Source of the DNA: Candidatus Omnitrophota bacterium
GTDB taxonomy: Bacteria > Omnitrophota > Gorgyraeia > B26-G9
DNA: 63,177 bases
Assembly: GCA_043806135.1 (NCBI GenBank)
Contig: JAZDHG010000073.1
Coordinates: 1 to 63,177, forward strand
Direction: 5' to 3'
Part shown: positions 45,211 through 54,339 of the stretch, piece by piece
How positions within the stretch are numbered: the stretch's first letter is position 1
Layout: each line of letters begins with the position of its first letter
Program-made: the position numbers and the translations under genes
Notes under the pieces: model-generated
Databases searched by the model: none
The model's input: the letters and a program-made list of their open reading frames with translations, nothing else
Told to the model about the DNA's origin: nothing

Positions 45211-45461
45211 CTATCTGTAAACACATCAAAGAGTTATGACTGATGTTTTCCGGTTATTATTTGCGTAATCCACTTTTATCTGGGAAGGCCTAATCCCTAA
45301 ACCCTATGTTCTAATTTCTGCTTCTTTTAGTATCTCTTTATCTCTAATATCGCGATTCGCGAATCAGTTTTAGTTAATGAATTTATTGGCGATATTTTCA
45401 AAATTAATGTGGTATATTTAGGTCATTAACTAGGAATCAGGGAGAATTTAAAACAGAGATA

Positions 45462-47090
45462 CTATGCTTTGAGCAGTTCCTGCCAAAGTTCTTGTTGTTT
45501 TTGCCAGTCAGGTTGATTGATTATACTGCGCAGTTTGTATTCCGGAATTTTATTAAGTTTAAATATTCCGAAAAATAGGATTTCCTCTTGAATGCGTGGA
45601 GAGATAAGCAGCATGTTCATTATTTGGTCTATTCGAATATGTCTTAAGTTCAGCCATTCGCTGGCTTTTTGCAAACTCTTTATTTGGCCTGTATCTCTAA
45701 GGCGCTGTATGTGGTGGGCAAGTAATAGATTTTTACGGATTGTAGGCTCTTTTTTAATTTTAGTTACCTTATTAAATTTATTAAGCGATCTCACTTTTTT
45801 TAAGTTTACTTCAAATTCAAAGTGTTGATTATTTTCATTTAAGGTGATTCCCAATTGTTTACTTTCTTGGTTATAATCAATTCTTTTTAATAAAGCTCTT
45901 AAAATCCTGCGTTTTTCTTCAGGGTATAAAGTTTCCCAAACAGGAGACATGAGGGCAGTAATTTCTTGTTTGTGCGGATGTTGGGGGTCAGGCTTATTAG
46001 CAAAGATTATTTTTAAATTCTCAAGCACCGCGTTTTCTATTGCCTGTGAATTTATTGATCTGGTAGGGCAAGTTGCATAGCCGCGCTTTTGCGCGCTGGT
46101 GCAAAGGTAATAGCGGTATTTACGTAAATCTTTTTTTAAGGTATAAGTATGAAACATCAATGTATTGCAGGTTTTGCAATGCAAGAGTTTGCTAAGCAGC
46201 CCAGTGCATTCTGTATTTTTCGTAACTTTTCTTTCTCTGCGATTTAGCTTTAAGGTCTCTTGCGCAGCATTAAAAGTCTCCTCGTCAATAATCGCTTCAT
46301 GTTGGCCATTATATATTTGCCCTTCATAGTTTACCTTTCCGATATATAAAACATTACGGATGATGGATTGAATGTGGGTTACGCCAAACGTTTTTCCGCC
46401 AAATGATTTTCCTGTTTTATGAATAGAGTATTTTGTTCTAGTGCCTTTATTATTTAGTAGTTTGGCTACTTGTAATAATGACTTAACTTTTAAATAAAGA
46501 TCAAAGATTTCTTTTATCAGTTTAGATTCTTCAGGATTAATAACTAAGCGTTTATTTTCTCGATCAATATCAAAACCCAAAGGAGGCCTACCGCCTAACC
46601 ACTGGCCTCTTTTACGGGCAGCGCCCATTTTATCTTTAGTACGTTCACTGATAAGTTCTCTTTCAAATTGCGCAAAGGAAAGCAAGATATTAAGAGTAAG
46701 CCGACCCATGGAGGAATTAGTATTAAAATGTTGGGTCACTGATACAAAGGTGACATTATGCTGATCAAAAAACTCTAGCAGCCGAGAAAAGTCCAAGAGG
46801 GATCTGGATAATCTGTCTACCTTGTATACTATAACGCAATCCGCGGTATGATTCTTGATTGCGGCTAAAAGTTTTTTAAGCGCTGGTCTTTCAAGATTAG
46901 CTCCGGTAAAGCCGCCGTCATTATATTGTTCTTGAAGCGCAATCCATCCTTCTGATTTTTGACTGGCAATATAGTTTTCCGCGGATTCTCTTTGCGCGTC
47001 AAGAGTTGTAAAATCCTGATCCAAGCCTTCGGATGTAGACTTGCGGGTATAAATCGCGCAATATATTCTTTTCTTTTGTTTAGCATCCAT
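45462..47090 (-). CDS. Large serine recombinase (resolvase domain + recombinase domain + zinc ribbon)
   Basis: IYCAIYTRKSTSEGL (catalytic Ser region), VYKVDRLSRS, and the Cys clusters LHCKTC..YYLC..CP are present. I prefer the ATG at 47090. Confidence 0.9.
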   Translation of the reverse strand: MDAKQKKRIYCAIYTRKSTSEGLDQDFTTLDAQRESAENYIASQKSEGWIALQEQYNDGGFTGANLERPALKKLLAAIKNHTADCVIVYKVDRLSRSLLDFSRLLEFFDQHNVTFVSVTQHFNTNSSMGRLTLNILLSFAQFERELISERTKDKMGAARKRGQWLGGRPPLGFDIDRENKRLVINPEESKLIKEIFDLYLKVKSLLQVAKLLNNKGTRTKYSIHKTGKSFGGKTFGVTHIQSIIRNVLYIGKVNYEGQIYNGQHEAIIDEETFNAAQETLKLNRRERKVTKNTECTGLLSKLLHCKTCNTLMFHTYTLKKDLRKYRYYLCTSAQKRGYATCPTRSINSQAIENAVLENLKIIFANKPDPQHPHKQEITALMSPVWETLYPEEKRRILRALLKRIDYNQESKQLGITLNENNQHFEFEVNLKKVRSLNKFNKVTKIKKEPTIRKNLLLAHHIQRLRDTGQIKSLQKASEWLNLRHIRIDQIMNMLLISPRIQEEILFFGIFKLNKIPEYKLRSIINQPDWQKQQELWQELLKA

Positions 47091-47118
47091 TTTTATCTGT
47101 GTCCATCTTTCTCTTCGC

Positions 47119-47222
47119 AATCAGTGTTCATCTATGTTGCTATTTAAATCTGTGCTAATCTGTGTCTTTATGTGAATCAGTGTTGATCTGTGCTGCTTTT
47201 AAAATCAGTGTTAATCTGTGCA
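47119..47222. repeat. Four tandem 28-bp units, each with two ATC[AT]GTG-like half sites 10 bp apart
   Basis: Units start at 47120, 47148, 47176 and 47204, with second half sites at 47130, 47158, 47186 and 47214. The array fills the spacer between the DUF2924 and recombinase genes. Confidence 0.85.
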
Positions 47223-47723
47223 TTATAAGTTGAAGAACAAATACCCATTCCAATGTGCTCCGGTTACCTCTTTTGCAATGGCAGTTAGGCTTCTGTATTG
47301 CTTCTTGTTATATTCAAAACCTTTTTCAAGAACCTTAATCTCCAAGTGAATGTCCTTGTATTCCTTAGTAATGATGGTACCAGGAATAGGCAGGCGCCTG
47401 TCCCGAGCGAAGTCGAGGGGCTTATCCCGGGAGCCTGTATTATCAGTATTGCCTGTAGGCCGAAGGGCCTTATTATTTACTGGGTCGTATTTTTGGATAA
47501 ACTCCTCAATCTTGCCTTGTGCTTGGCTGGAAAGCCCTCCGTGTTCAAGTTCCTGCAGTTTATAGGCAATCTTACGCCATAAATAGACTTTATTGCTTGG
47601 TGTGGCGCTTTCTGGGCCATATAAGACCTTATATTTGACCTTTAGCTCTGACAATGTGTAATCTTTATGCCCCATAATTTCCATGAGTTTTGTTTGTTCC
47701 ATAATTATCTCCTTTGCTGTCAT
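47223..47723 (-). CDS. DUF2924-family protein (usual partner of large serine recombinases)
   Basis: The C-terminus ..GFEYNKKQYRSLTAIAKEVTGAHWNGYLFFNL is characteristic of the family. It lies directly upstream of the recombinase on the same strand. Confidence 0.8.
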   Translation of the reverse strand: MTAKEIIMEQTKLMEIMGHKDYTLSELKVKYKVLYGPESATPSNKVYLWRKIAYKLQELEHGGLSSQAQGKIEEFIQKYDPVNNKALRPTGNTDNTGSRDKPLDFARDRRLPIPGTIITKEYKDIHLEIKVLEKGFEYNKKQYRSLTAIAKEVTGAHWNGYLFFNL

Positions 47724-48079
47724 TACAATATAGCCATAGGTTTAGAGATATAGCAAGTTTATAGTAGATAATTAGTGAGACGTTAAATAGGGGTATGCTT
47801 TTAAGAATCTTAAGGGTTGTTTAACTATTCCTAGAGGAGTATAATTATTACATATTGTTACATTTGCCTTGATATTTCAGAAGAGGTGAAATATTAACCC
47901 GCTTGTACTCGCGCTTGATTTAGCTTTGTAAATCTGCGGGTGCAGAGCTGATAGTTTAAATTTTTTAAAAGTTTAAACTGTTTATCAGGGCATATCGGAG
48001 AATCCGATGATGTGATACTAGCAAAGAAAGTCATCTATTGATTGTTAGAGTCAAAAATAGTAAAAAATAAGGAGAAGAA

Positions 48080-48526
48080 ATGGCTGACCAATGGACAGGA
48101 CGATCTGCTCGTCAAATAGCACTAATCATATGCGGGTGTACAACACTTTGTGTTTTTGGAATAATGACCATATGGGTTCTACTTCACTTGTTAACAAATT
48201 TTTCAGAACAAATTCCCCCTCTAGCTTTACTTGCAGTTTTTATAGGTTTGATGTTGGGCTTACTTTCAACTTCACATTTTCTGGTAGGGCTAGTTATAGC
48301 AAATGATAATATTTTTTGTGCTTCAGGTAATCCGGAAGCGATGACAAAAGCTCTTCATAAAAGCTTTTTTTTGCAAGGTCAAATTTTTCTATCTATTTTA
48401 ATTGTTACTACTATCAGCGTATTGATGATAACTAAATTAGTAGAAGTTTCTCAAGGTCTTCTTATTATAACAGGGGCAGTTGCTTTTGCCTTAGGACAAA
48501 ACTTTGTTGACAGAAAAAACAACTAA
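48080..48526 (+). CDS. Hypothetical four-TM membrane protein
   Basis: It has four hydrophobic segments and an RBS aaggagaag. No family recognised. Confidence 0.55.
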   Translation: MADQWTGRSARQIALIICGCTTLCVFGIMTIWVLLHLLTNFSEQIPPLALLAVFIGLMLGLLSTSHFLVGLVIANDNIFCASGNPEAMTKALHKSFFLQGQIFLSILIVTTISVLMITKLVEVSQGLLIITGAVAFALGQNFVDRKNN

Positions 48527-48617
48527 ATTCTAACGAATCTATTCACCTAACTGGTGGGTACCTGGATTTGGGTTCAACTCAGCAGGTGATATTTATGTTG
48601 GTGATAGATAATAAAAT

Positions 48618-49421
48618 ATGTCAGACGAAAAAATTAAAAATTTTATTGAAACTGGCGCAGAAATGAGTGGCGGAGCTATAGGCGGTGCCATAGGATTTCT
48701 TCTAGGCGGTCCCGCAGGAGCTATTATCGGAGGAGGTGCTGGTCCTCTAATTACCAAGGGAGCAAAAAAAATATTAGGAGATTTAGCAAATCGCCACATG
48801 TCACATAAAGAGATTGAAAGAGTAGGTGCAGTAGCAGCAATAGCTTTAAACAAAATAAAAAACAAACTGGAAAATGGTGAAAAACTTAGAAATGATAATT
48901 TTTTTTCGGAAGATGCTTCAAAAAGATCTTCAGCTGAAGAAATTTTTGAAGGGATTTTGCAGAAAAGTAGAAATTCTTACGAAGAAAAAAAGGTTAAATT
49001 TTTGGGTAATTTCTTTGCAAATCTTGCTTTTATTCAAAACGTAAGTATAGGAGAAGCAAATTGTTATTTAAATCTTATAGATTCTTTATCATATCGTCAA
49101 ATTTGCACATTAGCTTTGTTGCTTGCAAAAGATCGTCTTAATCCACCAGCAATTTTAAGACAAAACAATTATAGTAATGTGCCAGGATTAAGCTATGAAT
49201 TAATTTCATTATTACAAGAAATCTTTTCTCTTTATACAAACAGCATTATTAAATGCAAAAAGAAAAGTGGGAATGGGCATGTTGCGCTTCTAAGCTGGAT
49301 AGATATAGTTCCCAACAACTTAGAATTAACATTTACAGGAAAACGCTTTTCGATATTATTGGGTTCGCTAGAAGAAATTGAAGCAAATGATTTTAATAAC
49401 ATTATTAAATTGTTACGTTAA
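48618..49421 (+). CDS. Hypothetical protein with an N-terminal glycine-zipper segment
   Basis: GGAIGGAIGFLLGGPAGAIIGGGAGPLI is followed by a ~200-aa soluble-looking domain. No family recognised. Confidence 0.55.
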   Translation: MSDEKIKNFIETGAEMSGGAIGGAIGFLLGGPAGAIIGGGAGPLITKGAKKILGDLANRHMSHKEIERVGAVAAIALNKIKNKLENGEKLRNDNFFSEDASKRSSAEEIFEGILQKSRNSYEEKKVKFLGNFFANLAFIQNVSIGEANCYLNLIDSLSYRQICTLALLLAKDRLNPPAILRQNNYSNVPGLSYELISLLQEIFSLYTNSIIKCKKKSGNGHVALLSWIDIVPNNLELTFTGKRFSILLGSLEEIEANDFNNIIKLLR

Positions 49422-49489
49422 CAACTCATTCCACCTAACTGGTAGAAGTGCTTAAGTGTAATTTATAATTACTGTTAAGAGAGGGAACT

Positions 49490-49672
49490 ATGAAGAAGAT
49501 TCTGGAGTCATATACTGTTGATGAAGTAGCAGGGGCTCTTAAGTTGCATCCTTATACTGTGCGCCGCTTATGCCGTGAAGGAAAAATTCCTTGTTTTAAA
49601 TTTGGGGGACAGTGGAGATTGAGGAAAGATGAGATGGAAAAATGGTCGAAGAAAAAAGAAAAAACAAAATAG
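49490..49672 (+). CDS. Excisionase/AlpA-type (MerR-superfamily) HTH protein
   Basis: YTVDEVAGALKLHPYTVRRLCREGKIPCFKFGGQWRLRKDEMEKW, 60 aa. Confidence 0.75.
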   Translation: MKKILESYTVDEVAGALKLHPYTVRRLCREGKIPCFKFGGQWRLRKDEMEKWSKKKEKTK

Positions 49673-49673
49673 A

Positions 49674-52616
49674 GTGATAACGAAATACCACGCAAAATAT
49701 TTTGCTTATGAATTAACTAAGAGATGTGCTTCTGACAATCTTGAGAAGTTGTCATCGACACTTTCTAATGCGCAGGTTGATCTTAATCCTCATCAGATTG
49801 AGGCTGCTCTTTTTGCCTTCCGTTCGCCCCTTTCAAAAGGCGCTATTTTAGCGGATGAAGTAGGGCTTGGAAAAACAATTGAAGCAGGATTGGTTCTTTC
49901 TCAAAAATGGGCCGAGAGGAAGAGGAAAGTACTTTTAATCGTTCCAGCAAACCTGCGAAAGCAATGGAATGCTGAACTTCAAGAGAAGTTTTTTATTCCC
50001 TCTATTATCCTTGAGGCAAAATCATTTAATCAATACATAAAAGATGGCAATCTCAATCCCTTTGATCAAGAAGATGTAATTGTTATTTGTTCGTACCATT
50101 TTGCACGTTCAAAATCGCCTTATATAAAACCGATAAAATGGGATCTAGCAGTTATTGACGAAGCACACCACCTTAGAAATGTATATAAGACTAGCAATAA
50201 AATCGCAAAAGAAATAAAAGAGACATTGAGCGAAGTGCCCAAAATTCTACTCACTGCAACACCTCTTCAAAACTCTCTTCTTGAACTCTATGGTCTTGTA
50301 AGTGTTATCGATGAACATGTCTTTGGGGATCTAAAAAGCTTTAAAGTCAACTATTCGCGGGTTTCAAAAGAACAAGATATCTATGAAAATGAACTTGGTT
50401 TAGTTGAGCCACGGCAAGAAATGTTTATGGAGTTAAGAAATCGTTTAAAGCCGGTTTTCACTCGTACTTTGCGCCGGCAAGTCTTGGAATACATCAAATA
50501 TACTAAACGTATCCCATTAACACAGGATTACATACCTTCAGAGCAAGAGATAGAACTTTACAATAGAATGTCTGAATATCTTCAGCGACCTGTTTTATTT
50601 GCGTTACCTTCTAGTCAGCGCCAATTGATTACGCTCATACTTCGTAAATTATTAGCGTCATCTTCCTTTGCCATCGCCAGTACACTTAATAACTTGGTAT
50701 TTAAAATAAGTAAAGTCATAGAGGAAGCTGAGAAACAATTACTTGAAGAAGAAACTAGCATACAGGGACTTGAAGAAGATATTGAAAATTACGATGAACT
50801 TGAAGACGAATGGAGCGATGAGGAAGAAGAGGAAGATGATGAGAAACCAAAGAAAAGGATAGTCTATACCAAAGAAGATATTGCTTTAATGAAGGAGGAG
50901 AAGGCCGACCTTAAGAAAAATCGTGATTTGGCCAAGAAGATTTGGAAGAACTCCAAAGGAGAGGCGTTAATGATTGCTTTAAAGAAAGGCTTTGAGATGG
51001 CTGCGGAATTGGGGGCTAAAAGAAAAGCAATCATTTTTACGGAGTCTAGGATTACTCAAGACTACCTTTTAAAGCTTCTTTCAGAAAAAGGGTACGATGA
51101 TAAGATAGTTCTATTTAACGGTTCAAATAACGATGATAAATCAAAATTAATTTATAAAGAATGGGCAGAAAAGAATCGTGACAGCGATAAAATTACAGGA
51201 TCAAAAACGGCAGATAAACGAGCCGCTATTATAGATTACTTTAAAGATGAAGCAGAAATCATGATTGCTACCGAAGCTGGTGCTGAGGGCGTTAATCTTC
51301 AGTTTTGCTCACTGCTTATAAATTATGATTTACCTTGGAATCCTCAGCGCATTGAACAAAGAATTGGCAGATGTCATAGATATGGCCAGAAGTATGATGT
51401 AGTTGTTATAAATTTTATAAATCGTAAGAATGCAGCAGACCAAAGGGTTTATGAGCTTTTAGACCAGAAATTTAATCTTTTCAAAGGTGTTTTTGGGGCA
51501 AGTGATGAAGTTTTAGGAAGCATTGAATCGGGTGTCGACTTTGAAAAAAGGATAGCCGCCATTTACCAGACATGCCGCTCAGAGGATGAAATTAATGTGG
51601 CATTTGATGCCCTTCAAAGCGAGATGGATGAAAGCATCAAGAATAATTTACAAGACACCCGCCAAAAGTTACTTGAGAATTTTGATTCAGAGGTTCATGA
51701 AAAATTAAGAATTAACATAAGGGAAAGCCAGCTATTTTTAGATATCTATGAAAGATGGCTATGGGATACAACACATTATTATCTTAAGGATAATGCCGAT
51801 TTTTCTGAACATGAATATTCTTTCACGCTTAAGACTAATCCCTTTCCTGAAGAAGATATCCACCAGGGGCCTTATAGAATCGGAAAGAATATTGAAGATG
51901 CGCATATATATCGTCCCGGACATCCTTTAGCGCAAAAAATTCTTAACGCAATTAAAAAACAGAATGTTGAGGAAGCCGAAGTTATTTTTAATTATTCCAA
52001 TAATCCGACAATCATTTCTGTATTAAAGCCTTTTATTAACAAAAGTGGGATTTTGAAAGCAAGCAATTATACAATTGAGTCTTTAGAATCGGAGGACCAT
52101 GTCATCATTGCTGTTTTAGATGATAAAGGGGACGTAATAGACAATGATGTTGCCAAGAAGTTATTTTCTCTTAAAGCTGAAGTTAAAAACGATAAATCTG
52201 CAATATCAGAGGATCAAATACGTAAACTCGATATTTTAGAGCGAGAAATCATAAATCTTATAACAACTCGCAGCGCTGAACGTAATAGCGAATTCTTTGA
52301 TAATGAAGTAGATAAACTGGATAAATGGGCGGATGATATGAAAAAGGCCCTTGAGTTGGATTTAAAAAAGCTTGATATTGATATAAAGACTTTAAGGACA
52401 ACTGCTAAGAAACTTCTAAATCTTGAAGAAAAAATAAAAGAGCAACGCAGGATAAAAGATATGGAAAAAAAACGCAATGAAATGCGCAAAAAGTTATACG
52501 ATGCCCAAGATGAGGTTGATAATAGAAAAGAAGAGCTTATTCAGCGAGTCGAAGCTCAACTTAAACAAAAGACTTCTTTGAATGAGTTATTTAAAATTCA
52601 CTGGAAAGTTGTTTGA
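49674..52616 (+). CDS. SNF2-family helicase/translocase with a ~300-aa C-terminal extension ending in a coiled coil
   Basis: The N-terminus is ITKYHAKYFAYELTKR. LADEVGLGKTIEAG, VIDEAHHLRN, LLTATPLQNS and helicase-C (NYDLPWNPQRIEQRIGRCHRYGQ) are present. I prefer the GTG at 49674, 1 nt after the HTH stop. Confidence 0.9.
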   Translation: MITKYHAKYFAYELTKRCASDNLEKLSSTLSNAQVDLNPHQIEAALFAFRSPLSKGAILADEVGLGKTIEAGLVLSQKWAERKRKVLLIVPANLRKQWNAELQEKFFIPSIILEAKSFNQYIKDGNLNPFDQEDVIVICSYHFARSKSPYIKPIKWDLAVIDEAHHLRNVYKTSNKIAKEIKETLSEVPKILLTATPLQNSLLELYGLVSVIDEHVFGDLKSFKVNYSRVSKEQDIYENELGLVEPRQEMFMELRNRLKPVFTRTLRRQVLEYIKYTKRIPLTQDYIPSEQEIELYNRMSEYLQRPVLFALPSSQRQLITLILRKLLASSSFAIASTLNNLVFKISKVIEEAEKQLLEEETSIQGLEEDIENYDELEDEWSDEEEEEDDEKPKKRIVYTKEDIALMKEEKADLKKNRDLAKKIWKNSKGEALMIALKKGFEMAAELGAKRKAIIFTESRITQDYLLKLLSEKGYDDKIVLFNGSNNDDKSKLIYKEWAEKNRDSDKITGSKTADKRAAIIDYFKDEAEIMIATEAGAEGVNLQFCSLLINYDLPWNPQRIEQRIGRCHRYGQKYDVVVINFINRKNAADQRVYELLDQKFNLFKGVFGASDEVLGSIESGVDFEKRIAAIYQTCRSEDEINVAFDALQSEMDESIKNNLQDTRQKLLENFDSEVHEKLRINIRESQLFLDIYERWLWDTTHYYLKDNADFSEHEYSFTLKTNPFPEEDIHQGPYRIGKNIEDAHIYRPGHPLAQKILNAIKKQNVEEAEVIFNYSNNPTIISVLKPFINKSGILKASNYTIESLESEDHVIIAVLDDKGDVIDNDVAKKLFSLKAEVKNDKSAISEDQIRKLDILEREIINLITTRSAERNSEFFDNEVDKLDKWADDMKKALELDLKKLDIDIKTLRTTAKKLLNLEEKIKEQRRIKDMEKKRNEMRKKLYDAQDEVDNRKEELIQRVEAQLKQKTSLNELFKIHWKVV

Positions 52617-52635
52617 TTTAAAATGAGAGGAAGTT

Positions 52636-54282
52636 ATGAGCAATAAGAAACAAAAGCTTGAATTAACGTGGATTGGTAAAGACGAGCAGATAAATCTTGA
52701 ACCACGTATTTTAATCAAGGATTCCGAAAAATCTTATGGAGATAAAAGTACTGATAATATGCTTATTTATGGTGATAACCTTTTAGCCCTTAAGGCACTT
52801 GAGCAAGGGTTCTCTAATAAGATCAAATGTGTATACATAGACCCTCCTTATAATACAGGGAGCGCCTTTGAACATTATGATGATAATTTGGAACATTCTT
52901 TGTGGTTAAACTTGATGAAACCACGGCTTGAAGTAATACATAAATTATTAAAGGATGACGGGATTTTATGGATTTCAATTGACGACGAAGAGTGCCATTA
53001 TTTAAAAGTATTGTGTGATGAAATATTTGGACGAAAAAATTTTATTACTTCAATAGCTGTTAAGATGTCAACAGCTAGCGGAGTTAAAACATCCCATAGA
53101 GATAAAACGATCATTAAAGAAAAAGAATATATATTGGTTTATGCTAAAAACAAAGATAGAATCAAACTCAATCCCCAGTATGTGCAACAATTAGATTGGG
53201 ATTCCGAATTTCAGTATATGCTAGAGAAGAATGATTCTAAAGATCCTGAAAAGTGGGAAATTAAAAAGCTGAGAGATGTCCTAAAGGCTAAAGGAATACC
53301 TGAAGATCCGAAGGATAAGAGATTTGAACAATTTGTCATTAGCAATTCGGATAAAATTTGGAGACGTGCGTTTATAAGAAGTAAATATAAAGAATTATCA
53401 CAAAAAAATCCAGACAAGATATTTCACGTAAATGAAAACGATATAGAGCATTACTATTATAGAGGTAGAGAGATGTATTTTTATAAAAACAAGTTTCATG
53501 AATGTTTTTCTGAAGAGGGGACAATAAATTCTCCGAGCCATTTGTTAGGGGATTTTTGGATCGATATTAATACAGGAAAATTATTTAATGAAGGTGGAGT
53601 AGATTTCCGTAATGGGAAAAAACCGGAGTTCTTAATTGGTCGCATATTGGCCCTTTGTACAGAATCTAACGATTTTGTTTTGGATTCTTTTTTGGGATCT
53701 GGGTCTACGGGGGCAGTGGCTCAAAAAATGGGTAGGAGATGGATAGGGATAGAGTTGGGTGAACATTGCCACAGCCACAGTATCCCACGTTTAAAAGCTG
53801 TTATTGATGGCAACGATCTTGGGGGAATTTCTAAAGCGGTTGATTGGAAAGGTGGAGGTGGTTTTAAATATTATTATCTTGCGCCTAGCTTACTTAAGAA
53901 AGACAAATATGATAATTGGATTATTGATGAAAAATACAATGCTGACATGTTAGCAGCTGCTATGGCGAAGCATGAAGGATTTAAATATTGTCCCAATGAA
54001 GAGATATACTGGAAACAGGGCCAATCAACGGAAAAGGATTTTATATTCACCACAACGCAATTTGTTACCGTTGAGTTACTTGATAAAATAAATGAAGAGA
54101 TGAAAGATGGAGAAAGTCTTCTTATTTGCGCAAAATCTTTTCAAAAAGTATGTGGGGATAAATATTCTCAAATTACGGTTAAAAAAATACCTCAGATGTT
54201 ACTCGGTAGATGTGAGTTTGGCAAAGAGGATTACAACTTAAATATAATAGATTTACCTGAGGAAGGCGAAGAAGATGAATAA
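52636..54282 (+). CDS. Type III Mod-like N6/N4 DNA methyltransferase, paralog 1
   Basis: Motif IV CVYIDPPYNTG (DPPY at 52840-52851) precedes motif I LDSFLGSGSTG, which is the beta-class order. A conserved ~170-aa C-terminal domain is shared with paralog 2. Confidence 0.9.
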   Translation: MSNKKQKLELTWIGKDEQINLEPRILIKDSEKSYGDKSTDNMLIYGDNLLALKALEQGFSNKIKCVYIDPPYNTGSAFEHYDDNLEHSLWLNLMKPRLEVIHKLLKDDGILWISIDDEECHYLKVLCDEIFGRKNFITSIAVKMSTASGVKTSHRDKTIIKEKEYILVYAKNKDRIKLNPQYVQQLDWDSEFQYMLEKNDSKDPEKWEIKKLRDVLKAKGIPEDPKDKRFEQFVISNSDKIWRRAFIRSKYKELSQKNPDKIFHVNENDIEHYYYRGREMYFYKNKFHECFSEEGTINSPSHLLGDFWIDINTGKLFNEGGVDFRNGKKPEFLIGRILALCTESNDFVLDSFLGSGSTGAVAQKMGRRWIGIELGEHCHSHSIPRLKAVIDGNDLGGISKAVDWKGGGGFKYYYLAPSLLKKDKYDNWIIDEKYNADMLAAAMAKHEGFKYCPNEEIYWKQGQSTEKDFIFTTTQFVTVELLDKINEEMKDGESLLICAKSFQKVCGDKYSQITVKKIPQMLLGRCEFGKEDYNLNIIDLPEEGEEDE

Positions 54283-54328
54283 AATAGCTGCTGGTATTAG
54301 GAATCGCCTATGGTTAGAGACTCTTTGA
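54275..54328 (+). pseudogene. 17-codon remnant of a res 5' end left behind the first mod gene
   Basis: MNKIAAGIRNRLWLETL* compares with the intact Res N-terminus MNKIATAIRNRLSLRPPQ. It has the same overlap geometry with the mod stop (GATGAATAA). Confidence 0.6.
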
Positions 54329-54339
54329 AGGAGGAAGCA

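Noticed and set aside
47119-47222. Whether the 28-bp tandem array is a CRISPR array.
   Set aside because: The units abut each other with no unique spacers, there are only four copies, and no cas genes are present in the window.
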